Shown here in pieces: positions 20,041 through 29,901 of a stretch of DNA of 64,000 bases. Source of the DNA: an uncultured Bacillota bacterium (GTDB taxonomy: Bacteria; Bacillota_I; Bacilli_A; ML615J-28; CAG-313); NCBI GenBank assembly GCA_946611195.1, contig CAMODB010000004.1, positions 33 to 64,032 on the forward strand, given 5' to 3'. The notes below the pieces were generated by a model. That model was given only the letters and a program-made list of their open reading frames with translations. It did no database searches and had not been told where the DNA came from. Each line of letters begins with the position of its first letter. Position 1 is the stretch's first letter. Made by a program: the position numbers and the translations under genes.

Positions 20041-20778
20041 CTATTCCACCTCCCACTTTGCATATAAAATGATCGGTTTATATTCATCACCTTTGATTAC
20101 TAGATCATTTTCAAAATCCCATTTGTTAATACATTCTTTTTCTTTATACCAGCCTTTAAATATATAGCCATATCTAATAGGATCAGTAGGGACATGATAA
20201 ATTGGAAAGTTATTAGAAAAAGAATCTATATAATAAATTTCATCATCGATGTTTGTAGTATATATGACATTACAATAAGTATACATCGAATCTTCAGTCG
20301 GTAAATCACTCAAATCTTTAATAGTAATATCTTTAGGTAATGAATAAAAATGATCACCATGAGTGGTAATTGGAAAAACACATGGTTCTTGTAAGATAAA
20401 AGCAGGAAGACTAGAATAATTTTGAGGAAAATTTATTATTTTTACGCCTTTTGGTATATATAATCTACCATATCCAAAAAAATTGATAAACTGATTTAAA
20501 TCAAGAATACCTACTCTTATACCATCTATTGATGAAGGTATTACAAGACAGGGATTGTCCTTTTTTTTAGCACAATCAACTATTTCAATTTCTTTACCAT
20601 AATTACTTTTAGCAATTATATAGCTAAATTCACCATTATCAATTATTTGATTTCTCGAATTAAATAATCCAACAGTTTTATAACTACTCTTAATTCTAAA
20701 AGGAATTAAAAATAAAATTAATAAAACAACAAATGATGTACATAATGAAATAATTATGATTTTTTCTTTTTTACTCAT
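20041..20778 (-). CDS. Cassette 1 gene B: membrane-anchored protein with a degenerate BspA-type LRR and a C-terminal Flg_new repeat
   Basis: TM anchor IIIISLCTSFVVLLILFLIPF. VIPSSIDGIRV. GYIFKGWYKEKECINKWDFEND...LYAKWEVE. Confidence 0.6.
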   Translation of the reverse strand: MSKKEKIIIISLCTSFVVLLILFLIPFRIKSSYKTVGLFNSRNQIIDNGEFSYIIAKSNYGKEIEIVDCAKKKDNPCLVIPSSIDGIRVGILDLNQFINFFGYGRLYIPKGVKIINFPQNYSSLPAFILQEPCVFPITTHGDHFYSLPKDITIKDLSDLPTEDSMYTYCNVIYTTNIDDEIYYIDSFSNNFPIYHVPTDPIRYGYIFKGWYKEKECINKWDFENDLVIKGDEYKPIILYAKWEVE

Positions 20779-21520
20779 AATTACTCATCTCCCAACTATC
20801 TAATTTAGCATATAATATAGTTTTATTATTTATTACTAAATCTTTATAATATGGTATTGTACATTCTTTATCTAAATACCAACCTTTAAACCCAATTCTA
20901 TCTAGTTGATATAATTCTTTGATTGTTTCATTATTATAATCATCAAAATAAATATAATCACTTGAATCGTCTTTTATATTTAATGAATATATTAGATTAG
21001 GTATACTGTAATTTACATCTGAACTTGATTCATTATAATAATATACTTTGGTTTTATATTCTTTTTTTAAATCCTTAACTAATGTTTCATCATTAATAAA
21101 GATCTTTTCAATTGTTTTATTATTATCTAATAAATCATTTAGATTAACTTCTATTCCTTTATCAATAAATAATTTTTTGACTGGTAAATTGGGTTTTAAA
21201 CATATATCTTTAACAATTAAATCACCTTTTATATAATCAAAGTGATTGCCTTCTTTTAAATAAATTGTTTTATTTAAATGAAGAGTATCTATCTCATTTA
21301 TTAAATTCTTTACTGTTAATGTATTATCATCATTAAGATAATAATTAATATTATCTTGATGAAGTTCTAATATTTTATCTCCCTTTATTTTTGTTACATA
21401 AGGTTGATTATTTAATACTACCTTTTTAGTAGCATTATATGAAATACTAGGCATAAAACATAACAAGATAAAAATAATAATTGATATTGGAATTACTATA
21501 AATATTATCTTTTTATTCAT
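20771..21520 (-). CDS. Cassette 1 gene A: membrane-anchored protein with a C-terminal Flg_new-like repeat
   Basis: Differs from 23329-24078 at one amino acid. The start is taken at the ATG homologous to copy 2; the ORF track extends to 21532. Its SD is altered from AGGAG to ATGAG. Confidence 0.6.
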   Translation of the reverse strand: MNKKIIFIVIPISIIIFILLCFMPSISYNATKKVVLNNQPYVTKIKGDKILELHQDNINYYLNDDNTLTVKNLINEIDTLHLNKTIYLKEGNHFDYIKGDLIVKDICLKPNLPVKKLFIDKGIEVNLNDLLDNNKTIEKIFINDETLVKDLKKEYKTKVYYYNESSSDVNYSIPNLIYSLNIKDDSSDYIYFDDYNNETIKELYQLDRIGFKGWYLDKECTIPYYKDLVINNKTILYAKLDSWEMSNYE

Positions 21521-21553
21521 TATGAATCTCATTTAATTATACGCATTAGTACT

Positions 21554-21649
21554 TCATATAATTAATACTATTAATGATAAAACAGCAATAATACAAATTG
21601 CGGTGAAAACAATTAATAAAATATTATATATTTTTTCATATACATCCAT
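21554..21649 (-). CDS. Cassette 1 small TM peptide, 31 aa (MDVYEKIYNILLIVFTAICIIAVLSLIVLII)
   Basis: GGAGGAATCAAT-ATG SD. Homologous to the 49-aa ORF at 24071-24220 but ends early at a TGA. Confidence 0.4.
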   Translation of the reverse strand: MDVYEKIYNILLIVFTAICIIAVLSLIVLII

Positions 21650-21683
21650 ATTGATTCCTCCATCTATTGTTCACTTATTTATA

Positions 21684-22625
21684 TTAATAATTTTTTATAT
21701 ATAAAACTAATGGTTCATATTTATATATCTTATCACCATTTGTATCATTATAATAATTCTTATTAATTATCGTGCTCATATCAAATTCATTTTCAAATTT
21801 CGAATCTAAATATAATTTTTCATCAAATCTGATATCATTTAATGATTGGTTATCTAAATCAAATACTTTATAAATTGCTCCATGGTAAGCGTAAGTGTAT
21901 GTGTAATTATATTCATTTTTATAATATCCTGATATATATTCATAATTTCTAACAATAATAACATTACCATATATATAGTCATAATCTTTTTTTGTCAAAT
22001 TAAAATCTTTTAATTCACTATGTTCATAATCACTGTCACATGGAAATGAATAAATATCTAGATTTGAGTTATAATTATTGCCAGATATATCATAACTAAA
22101 ATCATATACTATCTTTTTAAGATTAGGAAATGATTTTTTAAAATCTAGATGCGAAGTATCAATGTTAGATCCTATATGTAATTCTTCTACTTTATCACTA
22201 TAAACAGTTGGTAATATACTTACAACTTTTAGTTTATAATCTGAATAGAACTTACTATTTTTCCAATTATAATACTGTTGTTGCTCATTAATTTTATATG
22301 CATTTTCAATGTATAGTATTTTTTTATCTGTCTTAATTTCTGATATGACAAGAGAGTTATTACTACTATCATAATAAGCGGGTTTAAAAACAAATTCTTC
22401 ATTTTCAAGTACTAATGTATTATCATCTATTGAAGATTCCATTTTCAAAGTATTTCCTATAACATTTCTAAATGCTTCTGCCATTATATTTCCCGCATCA
22501 GAATCATAATTTTTTCTTAAAAAGAATAAATTATCATAATAAATATTAGAATTATAAAATATTATAGTGGAAAAAATAGGGGCTAATAAATTCATAATTA
22601 TTAAAAGTATAATTATTTTTTTCAT
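21684..22625 (-). CDS. Cassette 2 gene C
   Basis: Paralogue of 19186-20040 with variable segments. Confidence 0.6.
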   Translation of the reverse strand: MKKIIILLIIMNLLAPIFSTIIFYNSNIYYDNLFFLRKNYDSDAGNIMAEAFRNVIGNTLKMESSIDDNTLVLENEEFVFKPAYYDSSNNSLVISEIKTDKKILYIENAYKINEQQQYYNWKNSKFYSDYKLKVVSILPTVYSDKVEELHIGSNIDTSHLDFKKSFPNLKKIVYDFSYDISGNNYNSNLDIYSFPCDSDYEHSELKDFNLTKKDYDYIYGNVIIVRNYEYISGYYKNEYNYTYTYAYHGAIYKVFDLDNQSLNDIRFDEKLYLDSKFENEFDMSTIINKNYYNDTNGDKIYKYEPLVLYIKNY

Positions 22626-23336
22626 CTATTCTACCTCCCATTTTGCAAAAAGGAAATTGAATTCGCTAGCAGCACATATATCATTTTCAAAATCCCATTT
22701 GTTGATACATTCTTTTTCTTTATACCAACCTTTAAAAACATAGCCTTTTCTTACTGGATCATTAGGAATATAATCAATTAACTGATCTTTATAAACATCT
22801 TTAAAATATACTTCATTATCTACATTTGTTAAATAAATTAAATTACAATAATAGAATAATGCATTAGGCGTTGCAAGCTTATCAATATTCTCAACATCAA
22901 AATGATTAGGAAAAGAATAAATATTTCTACGTCGCGAATTACTCCTTTCAAATGCATACGGTTCTTGTAAAACTACATATTTTTGATATCCGTTATTTGT
23001 TAATTGTACACCTTTTGGTATATATACTTTGTAGTCATAACTGTCAAAGTTTTTTAAATTAATTTTTGTAACTTTCATACCATCTATATATGATGGGATA
23101 ACTAAATAAGATTCTGGATTACGATGATAATTTATTATTTCTAATTCTTTACCATAATTTGTTTTATTGACAATATAATCATAATTTTCGGTAACTACAA
23201 CATTAGAATTACTATATTTATTTTTATATATTTTTTTACTTGCAAGATTATCCTTAAATGGAATTAAAAATAGAATTAATAAAATAACAAATGATGTACA
23301 TAATGAAATAATTATGATTTTTTCTTTTTTACTCAT
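22626..23336 (-). CDS. Cassette 2 gene B (degenerate LRR plus Flg_new repeat)
   Basis: Paralogue of 20041-20778. The first ~27 aa and the C-terminal GYVFKGWYKEKECINKWDFEND block are conserved. Confidence 0.6.
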   Translation of the reverse strand: MSKKEKIIIISLCTSFVILLILFLIPFKDNLASKKIYKNKYSNSNVVVTENYDYIVNKTNYGKELEIINYHRNPESYLVIPSYIDGMKVTKINLKNFDSYDYKVYIPKGVQLTNNGYQKYVVLQEPYAFERSNSRRRNIYSFPNHFDVENIDKLATPNALFYYCNLIYLTNVDNEVYFKDVYKDQLIDYIPNDPVRKGYVFKGWYKEKECINKWDFENDICAASEFNFLFAKWEVE

Positions 23337-24078
23337 AATTACTCATCTCCCAACTATCTAATTTAGCATATAATATAGTTTTATTATTTATTACTAAATC
23401 TTTATAATATGGTATTGTACATTCTTTATCTAAATACCAACCTTTAAACCCAATTCTATCTAGTTGATATAATTCTTTGATTGTTTCATTATTATAATCA
23501 TCAAAATAAATATAATCACTTGAATCGTCTTTTATATTTAATGAATATATTAGATTAGGTATACTGTAATTTACATCTGAACTTGATTCATTATAATAAT
23601 ATACTTTGGTTTTATATTCTTTTTTTAAATCCTTAACTAATGTTTCATCATTAATAAAGATCTTTTCAATTGTTTTATTATTATCTAATAAATCATTTAG
23701 ATTAACTTCTATTCCTTTATCAATAAATAATTTTTTGACTGGTAAATTGGGTTTTAAACATATATCTTTAACAATTAAATCACCTTTTATATAATCAAAG
23801 TGATTGCCTTCTTTTAAATAAATTGTTTTATTTAAATGAAGAGTATCTATCTCATTTATTAAATTCTTTACTGTTAATGTATTATCATCATTAAGATAAT
23901 AATTAATATAATCTTGATGAAGTTCTAATATTTTATCTCCTTTTATTTTTGTTACATAAGGTTGATTATTTAATACTACCTTTTTAGTAGCGTTATATGA
24001 AATACTAGGCATAAAACATAACAAGATAAAAATGATAATTGATATTGGAATTACTATAAAAATTATCTTTTTATTCAT
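23329..24078 (-). CDS. Cassette 2 gene A
   Basis: AGGAG SD 7 nt upstream. TM anchor. GFKGWYLDKECTIPYY...ILYAKL. Confidence 0.65.
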   Translation of the reverse strand: MNKKIIFIVIPISIIIFILLCFMPSISYNATKKVVLNNQPYVTKIKGDKILELHQDYINYYLNDDNTLTVKNLINEIDTLHLNKTIYLKEGNHFDYIKGDLIVKDICLKPNLPVKKLFIDKGIEVNLNDLLDNNKTIEKIFINDETLVKDLKKEYKTKVYYYNESSSDVNYSIPNLIYSLNIKDDSSDYIYFDDYNNETIKELYQLDRIGFKGWYLDKECTIPYYKDLVINNKTILYAKLDSWEMSNYE

Positions 24079-24220
24079 TATGAATCTCCTTTAAAAATGA
24101 ATAGAGTAAGTTTTCATAATGAAATCTTATAAATATAATTATAAGAGACAATAATGTTATTATACAAAATACAATAAATATAAATAATAATACATTATAT
24201 GTTTTTTTATAATCATCCAT
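24071..24220 (-). CDS. Cassette 2 small TM peptide, 49 aa (MDDYKKTYNVLLFIFIVFCIITLLSLIIIFIRFHYENLLYSFLKEIHNE)
   Basis: GGGAGGAATCAAT-ATG SD. Overlaps the gene A start by 8 nt (ATGAATAA). Confidence 0.45.
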   Translation of the reverse strand: MDDYKKTYNVLLFIFIVFCIITLLSLIIIFIRFHYENLLYSFLKEIHNE

Positions 24221-24258
24221 ATTGATTCCTCCCAAAAAGTTTTCTTATACTATACTAT

Positions 24259-24287
24259 ATTATATTACTTTATATGAAGATTGTCAA
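24259..24287 (-). promoter_or_regulatory. Consensus sigma-A promoter (TTGACA, 17 nt, TATAAT) ahead of the duplicated cassettes
   Basis: The minus strand reads TTGACAatcttcatataaagtaaTATAAT, about 35 nt upstream of the small-ORF SD. Confidence 0.7.
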
Positions 24288-24302
24288 ATTAAAGATTGTT
24301 AT

Positions 24303-26624
24303 CTAGCGTTTAAAGATTATTTCCCTTATTCCTCTTATTTTTTTACCATTTGCGATATCAAGGACACCTTGAAGTAAGCCATCATTAAGGCCACCATTGA
24401 TTTGGATATTACTTAATGATGAATCTATTGCACCAAAAATCATCATTCTAAAAGTTGGGTTGTTATAATCAATTCCACAACCTAATTCTTTACCAAATTT
24501 CTTTTCAAGAATTCTAATAATAATTCTAACTAATAAAGAATATGGTTTCATTTCAAGTAAGGTATTTTCTTTAGTGAAAGTACCTTTTTTAATTTCTTTT
24601 TCTTGATACTTTCTTTTAGTTAATAATTCAAAATCTTGATTTGTAGGAATACCTTTTAAGGTTTCATACCAAGTAGATTGATATTTTACATCTTCTTGAA
24701 TTCCTTCAATGTCAATATTTATACTTTGATCTCCTATCATGATTTGATATGTTCCTTTAAGTGTTACATAACCATCTTGATAAGATCTAAATGTATATTT
24801 ATCAAATTTGAATTCTATTTCTTGTTCTTCATTCTTTTTAAGATAAATCTTTTTAAAACCTTTTAATTCTTTAATTGGTGTATAAATATGATTATCTGGG
24901 TGTTTAATATACATTAAGATACTTGTTTTACCATCATAATCTCCAATATTTTTTACTTTTATTTTTACACCATTAGGAGTTTTAATTAAATTAGAATATT
25001 TAAATTTAGTATAACTTAGACCATAGCCGAAGGGATAATTGACTTTAATATTTGCTTTATCAAAATAACGATAACCTACATATATACCTTCTTTGTATAA
25101 AGCATCTTTATGTGGTTCACCATAATAGCTTGCGTTTATAACATCTTCATATTTTACTGGCCAAGTTTCCGCTAATCTACCACTTGGATTTGTTTTACCA
25201 AATAAGATATTAATTACTGCTTTTGAACCTGCTTCGCCAGATAGACCAGCATAAATTAAGCCTTTTACTTTTTCATTCCAAGGTAATTCTACGCTGGAGC
25301 CACAGCATAAAACGACAATAGTATTTTTATTATTTTTTATTGCGGTATCAATTACTTCATTAATACCATCAGGAAGTTTCATATTATTTCGATCATAACC
25401 TTCTGATTCATATGAATGAGGAAGGCCGCAAATTATTACTACTTTATCTTTGTTTTTTACTTTTTCTTCTACTTCTTTTAATAATTCTACACTTGTTCTA
25501 CCATCTTCATTATAACCATCGATGTAGGAATAATCTTTTATTAAATCTAAGTAATTATCTAATTGTATAGGGTTTATATGCGAACTTCCTTCACCTTGAT
25601 AACGAGGATTCTTTAACATATTACCAATAAAGAGAATATCTTCTTCTTTTTTAAGAGGCAAGACATTTTCATTTTTAAGTAAGACAATAGATTCTTCAGC
25701 CATTTTTAAAGAAAATTGATGATGTTCAATTTCGTTATAAACATCTTCTTTATTAATTTGATTTGTTTTATTAATTAATTTTAATATTCTTTCAATGTTT
25801 TTATCGATATCATTTATCGTGATTATATTTTTCTTTAAGGCTTTTTTAATTTCTCTTTCGCCATAGTTACTACCACCTGGCATCATTAAATCACAGCCAG
25901 CTAGAATGGCATCTACTCTATTACTCATTGCACCCCAGTCAGTAACAACTAAACCATCAAATTTGAATTTAGTACGTAAAATATCAGTTAAGAGTTTTTT
26001 ATTATCGCTACTATAAATACCATTTATTTTATTGTAACTACACATTACTGTGGATGGCTTACCAATTTCAATTGCTATTTCAAATGGTAAGAGATATATA
26101 TCACGAAGAGTTTTTTCATCTATTTCACTAGAACTAGATAATCTTTTATATTCTTGATTGTTGCAGGCGAAATGTTTTAAAGAACTAGCAATTCCATTTT
26201 CTTCAATTCCTTTTATTAAATTGCCACCTAATATTCCTGCTAGATATGGATCTTCCGAAAAATATTCAAAATTACGACCACAAAGAGGATTTCTTTTTAT
26301 ATTAACTCCTGGGCCTAAGACGATATCTACTTTCTTGTTTTTCGCTTCATTAGCTAAATGACAGCCTAATTCATATAATAAGTTTTCATCAAAACTACAG
26401 CTTGAAAGAGATGCGGAAGGATAACAAGTAGAGGGATATGATTTATTAATATCTAAAAAATTACTATTATCTGGTATGGTTCTTAAGCCATGTGGGCCAT
26501 CAGACATTTTAATACTTTTTATATTATATTTTTTTAATTCTTTTGTATGCCAAAAGTCTTGTCCACTTAATAATTTTATTTTATCATTTAATTTCATTTC
26601 CTTAATTAGTTTATTAATATCCAT
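24303..26624 (-). CDS. GH3 beta-glucosidase
   Basis: KMSDGPHGLR, the GLVVTDWGA nucleophile block, and a C-terminal Fn3-like region. Length is typical of BglX-type enzymes. Confidence 0.85.
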   Translation of the reverse strand: MDINKLIKEMKLNDKIKLLSGQDFWHTKELKKYNIKSIKMSDGPHGLRTIPDNSNFLDINKSYPSTCYPSASLSSCSFDENLLYELGCHLANEAKNKKVDIVLGPGVNIKRNPLCGRNFEYFSEDPYLAGILGGNLIKGIEENGIASSLKHFACNNQEYKRLSSSSEIDEKTLRDIYLLPFEIAIEIGKPSTVMCSYNKINGIYSSDNKKLLTDILRTKFKFDGLVVTDWGAMSNRVDAILAGCDLMMPGGSNYGEREIKKALKKNIITINDIDKNIERILKLINKTNQINKEDVYNEIEHHQFSLKMAEESIVLLKNENVLPLKKEEDILFIGNMLKNPRYQGEGSSHINPIQLDNYLDLIKDYSYIDGYNEDGRTSVELLKEVEEKVKNKDKVVIICGLPHSYESEGYDRNNMKLPDGINEVIDTAIKNNKNTIVVLCCGSSVELPWNEKVKGLIYAGLSGEAGSKAVINILFGKTNPSGRLAETWPVKYEDVINASYYGEPHKDALYKEGIYVGYRYFDKANIKVNYPFGYGLSYTKFKYSNLIKTPNGVKIKVKNIGDYDGKTSILMYIKHPDNHIYTPIKELKGFKKIYLKKNEEQEIEFKFDKYTFRSYQDGYVTLKGTYQIMIGDQSINIDIEGIQEDVKYQSTWYETLKGIPTNQDFELLTKRKYQEKEIKKGTFTKENTLLEMKPYSLLVRIIIRILEKKFGKELGCGIDYNNPTFRMMIFGAIDSSLSNIQINGGLNDGLLQGVLDIANGKKIRGIREIIFKR

Positions 26625-26687
26625 ATTATCTTTCTCCTTTTTTTCTATTATAGCAAAATTAAAAAATAATCTCTAAAAGTTTACCTT

Positions 26688-27176
26688 TTAGAGACTATTT
26701 AATAAAACTAATTCACAGACTTTATAGTCATGATCAAAGATATGATATTGATCAACTACTTTAAAACCTAATCTTTCATAAAGTTTAAGAGCAGGAATAT
26801 TATTTATTTCCACACCTAAATGAATAGAATGATAACCTTGTTTTTTTATTCTACTAATAAATTTAGTTAATAAGGCATGTGAATAGCCTTGATGTTGATA
26901 TTCTTTTTTTATTACTACTCTTGCGATTTCAATACAATTTGTTTGTTCCATAAAGTTAGGACTTTCAAATTCAAAACCATCTACGATTGAGAGGGCACCA
27001 ATGATTTCTTGATTCTTTTTTAAAACATAAAGATTATTTAATTGATAATCATTTTCAATATCCATCATAGTTGGATATTCAGCATCCCATACACAAAAAG
27101 CATGTCCTCTTACTTCATTATAGATATTTAATAATTCACTAAATTCATTCTTTTTTATTTTAGATAATGTCAACAT
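26688..27176 (-). CDS. GNAT family N-acetyltransferase
   Basis: VVIKKEYQHQGYSHALL matches the acetyl-CoA binding R/Q-x-x-G-x-G/A motif region. ALKLYERLGF. Confidence 0.75.
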   Translation of the reverse strand: MLTLSKIKKNEFSELLNIYNEVRGHAFCVWDAEYPTMMDIENDYQLNNLYVLKKNQEIIGALSIVDGFEFESPNFMEQTNCIEIARVVIKKEYQHQGYSHALLTKFISRIKKQGYHSIHLGVEINNIPALKLYERLGFKVVDQYHIFDHDYKVCELVLLNSL

Positions 27177-28431
27177 TTTCTAATTTCATAAAGGCTGGGC
27201 CTTCATAATTATTTATCTTATCTGTTTCTTTAGATAATTCCATAGTATTTAATGTTTCATTTAGATTTGTACTAAAGCTAAAACCACTAATTGGTTTAAT
27301 AGTTTTACCATCATAATATAGAGCTAGTCTTACTTCACCACCAACATACGATGAATAAGCTTCTACTTGAATACCTGATAGATCGATGATTTCAATATAT
27401 GGTTTCTTCTTTAAGGTTTCAATTGATTTATGACCTTTAGAAAGGATTATTTTTGGTAAATTACCTGAAGGTTTAACATTTAAATATTGTGCAAAACGAT
27501 TAGGTCCAAAATAATTAATTAATTTACCATTTTTAATTAAAGGATGTTTATTTAATATTACACCATCTGAATCAAAGAAATCAGCTTTACTTCTTTTATC
27601 TAAATCAATATTTAGACTTTGTTTAGGATTGTTTTGAACATCATCACCAACATTTTTTAGATTAGAATGACTATATACCGCATTATAATTAAAAGTTGAA
27701 ATAAATTCTTTTAATAATTCTTTGATATGTTCACTTCTTAAAATGACATTGCATTTGTTTACATTTTCAATCTTTACTGCTTTACCACGATTATCAACAT
27801 CAAGTAAAGCTAGTTTTGCGTCTTTCTTAATCTTTTCATAATCTAAATTATCATATGTAAACATCCGATATAATTCTGTTTTAAAATCTTTACTATAATA
27901 TGATGGAATAGCTTCCACATTAATTGTGAAAGTTTTCTTTTTTAAATGTACACCATTTGAATTAACAAATTCTACCATTCTTTCTTTAAAGAAGCATTCT
28001 AACGCATTGAATTTTAAATTATCAGTGGTTTCATTATTAAAGATCTCCGCAATTTTTTGTAAGATTACCATTGGTTCTTCTTGTAATGGTGTATAAAAAT
28101 ATTTTTTATTTTTATCTACTTTAGTTAATTCATAAGCTTCATTATGAACATAACTTGCTTTTTTAACCGCATCACTGATCGCTTGTTTTAATTCTTGTTT
28201 AGAGATATTCTTGGAAATATTAAAATCACTATTACCTAAATATGTTTTACCATTGATAATGGTTTTTACATAAATCATGACATTAGTTTCAACTACTTGA
28301 ATATTACGTATGGTTTCTAGAAGTCCTTTAACATAGTATTGTTCAGAATTATTTTCGGTTACTTCTCTTATTTCATATAAATCAATATTGAATTCTTTTA
28401 ATACTCTTTTTACTTGATTGATTCTACTCAT
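27160..28431 (-). CDS. pmbA: PmbA/TldE-family metallopeptidase partner
   Basis: Length and C-terminal pattern resemble TldE. The start overlaps the tldD stop by 4 nt. Confidence 0.6.
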   Translation of the reverse strand: MSRINQVKRVLKEFNIDLYEIREVTENNSEQYYVKGLLETIRNIQVVETNVMIYVKTIINGKTYLGNSDFNISKNISKQELKQAISDAVKKASYVHNEAYELTKVDKNKKYFYTPLQEEPMVILQKIAEIFNNETTDNLKFNALECFFKERMVEFVNSNGVHLKKKTFTINVEAIPSYYSKDFKTELYRMFTYDNLDYEKIKKDAKLALLDVDNRGKAVKIENVNKCNVILRSEHIKELLKEFISTFNYNAVYSHSNLKNVGDDVQNNPKQSLNIDLDKRSKADFFDSDGVILNKHPLIKNGKLINYFGPNRFAQYLNVKPSGNLPKIILSKGHKSIETLKKKPYIEIIDLSGIQVEAYSSYVGGEVRLALYYDGKTIKPISGFSFSTNLNETLNTMELSKETDKINNYEGPAFMKLENVDII

Positions 28432-29834
28432 CCGATTTTTACCTCCGCTTTAATACTACTTCCGCCATCGCTAACACGAACCCATTCTTTATAACCTTTA
28501 CCACATGATCCACTACCATTGACTATAAAATTCTCTTTAGAAATCATGGATATAGATTTTAATAAATCAATTACATAACCTGACATTACAACTGGCGAAA
28601 TTGTTTTACCAGTAAAGACACCATTTTTAATTTCTTTACCATATAGAGCTGTACATTGAATTCCCCAGTTCTTAGGATCTTCCATACCATTATTAGTAAT
28701 ACCAATATAATAACCATAATCAACCGATTTAATCATTTCTTCCAAGGTTGAAGTACCTGCTTCAAAGAAAGTATTAGTCATTCTCGTATAGACTTTATTC
28801 TTGTATGATTGACGACGTCCATTACCTGTAGGTTTATAATTTAAAATAGAAGCTGATACGGAATCACAAATACCACCAATTAATTTTCCCTTATCAATAA
28901 TTTTTGTATCTTGAGCTAAGACTCCTTCATCATCAAAGAAATATGACGCAACACTATAAGTAGAAGCTGCCCCATCATGCATTGAAAGAAGAGGAGAAGC
29001 TACTTCTTTATTCATATATTCGACACTCTTCGCTCTATCTTTAACGAATTGATCCATTTCAAGTCCATGACCAAAAGCTTCATGGGCAATAAGACCAGTG
29101 ATTGATGGGTCAGTTACAATTGTATAAATACCTGGAGTTGGAATTGTTGCGTCTAATAAATCACAAGCTAATTTATATGAATCTAAAATAGCTGGTTTAA
29201 GTTGATTAAACGCTTCATCACTATCATTACAACCATATCCATTATAAGCATATTTCATCGTCTTATCATTTCTTACCATGACATTTTCTCTTGGATTAAT
29301 CCAAGTATAATATTGTTCTAGATCACGATCTTTAGAAATATAAAGTTTTGAATATTCACTAAATTCAACAGCACAGGAAACATTTACAACATTATCACCT
29401 AAAGATAAGCCATAATTTACCGCATCTTTAAGGATTGACATAATTTCTTCATCATTATAAATTTTACCTTTTTGTTTTCTTAAGAACTTCTTTTGTAGTT
29501 TTTCTTCTTCAATTTTTTTTGCAGCAACTTTTTTTACAAAAATATTGGTTGAAACTAAAGAATCAATATTATTAATTATTGATTGATAATTCTTAGTATC
29601 AAGTTCATTAAAGGAATATTCAAAATAATTAGAATCTTTAAAGATACGTACTACAAATCCACATTCCGTAATTGAGGATTCACGAACAAAACTAGATACT
29701 CTATTTACCATATAAGCTGTTGATTTTACATCAGTTGCAAGTACGGATACGAAACTATATTTCTTTCCTAAATCATCAACTAATTGGTGAATTAGAGGTT
29801 TTTTCTTTTTTAGATAACTCGAAAATTTATTCAT
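28428..29834 (-). CDS. tldD: TldD metalloprotease
   Basis: GLIAHEAFGHGLE matches the TldD HExxxH motif. C-terminal GSCGK block. Confidence 0.8.
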   Translation of the reverse strand: MNKFSSYLKKKKPLIHQLVDDLGKKYSFVSVLATDVKSTAYMVNRVSSFVRESSITECGFVVRIFKDSNYFEYSFNELDTKNYQSIINNIDSLVSTNIFVKKVAAKKIEEEKLQKKFLRKQKGKIYNDEEIMSILKDAVNYGLSLGDNVVNVSCAVEFSEYSKLYISKDRDLEQYYTWINPRENVMVRNDKTMKYAYNGYGCNDSDEAFNQLKPAILDSYKLACDLLDATIPTPGIYTIVTDPSITGLIAHEAFGHGLEMDQFVKDRAKSVEYMNKEVASPLLSMHDGAASTYSVASYFFDDEGVLAQDTKIIDKGKLIGGICDSVSASILNYKPTGNGRRQSYKNKVYTRMTNTFFEAGTSTLEEMIKSVDYGYYIGITNNGMEDPKNWGIQCTALYGKEIKNGVFTGKTISPVVMSGYVIDLLKSISMISKENFIVNGSGSCGKGYKEWVRVSDGGSSIKAEVKIG

Positions 29835-29901
29835 AATTACTTCCTTTCTTTTTTTATTTTTTTAACTATTTTATAATAAATTGACAAAAATTGTTATTAA
29901 T

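Larger units (their letters stand above)
19186..24220. repeat. Tandem duplication of a four-gene cassette (small TM peptide, then genes A, B and C)
   Basis: ORF pairs 20771-21520/23329-24078, 20041-20778/22626-23336, 19186-20040/21684-22625 and 21554-21649/24071-24220 are paralogous and in the same order. The offset is exactly 2558 bp across gene A. Confidence 0.9.

Noticed and set aside
26688-29834. GNAT-PmbA-TldD as a RiPP/microcin maturation cluster
   Set aside because: The genes overlap, but no precursor peptide, cyclodehydratase or exporter gene is nearby. TldD/TldE pairs are common housekeeping genes.
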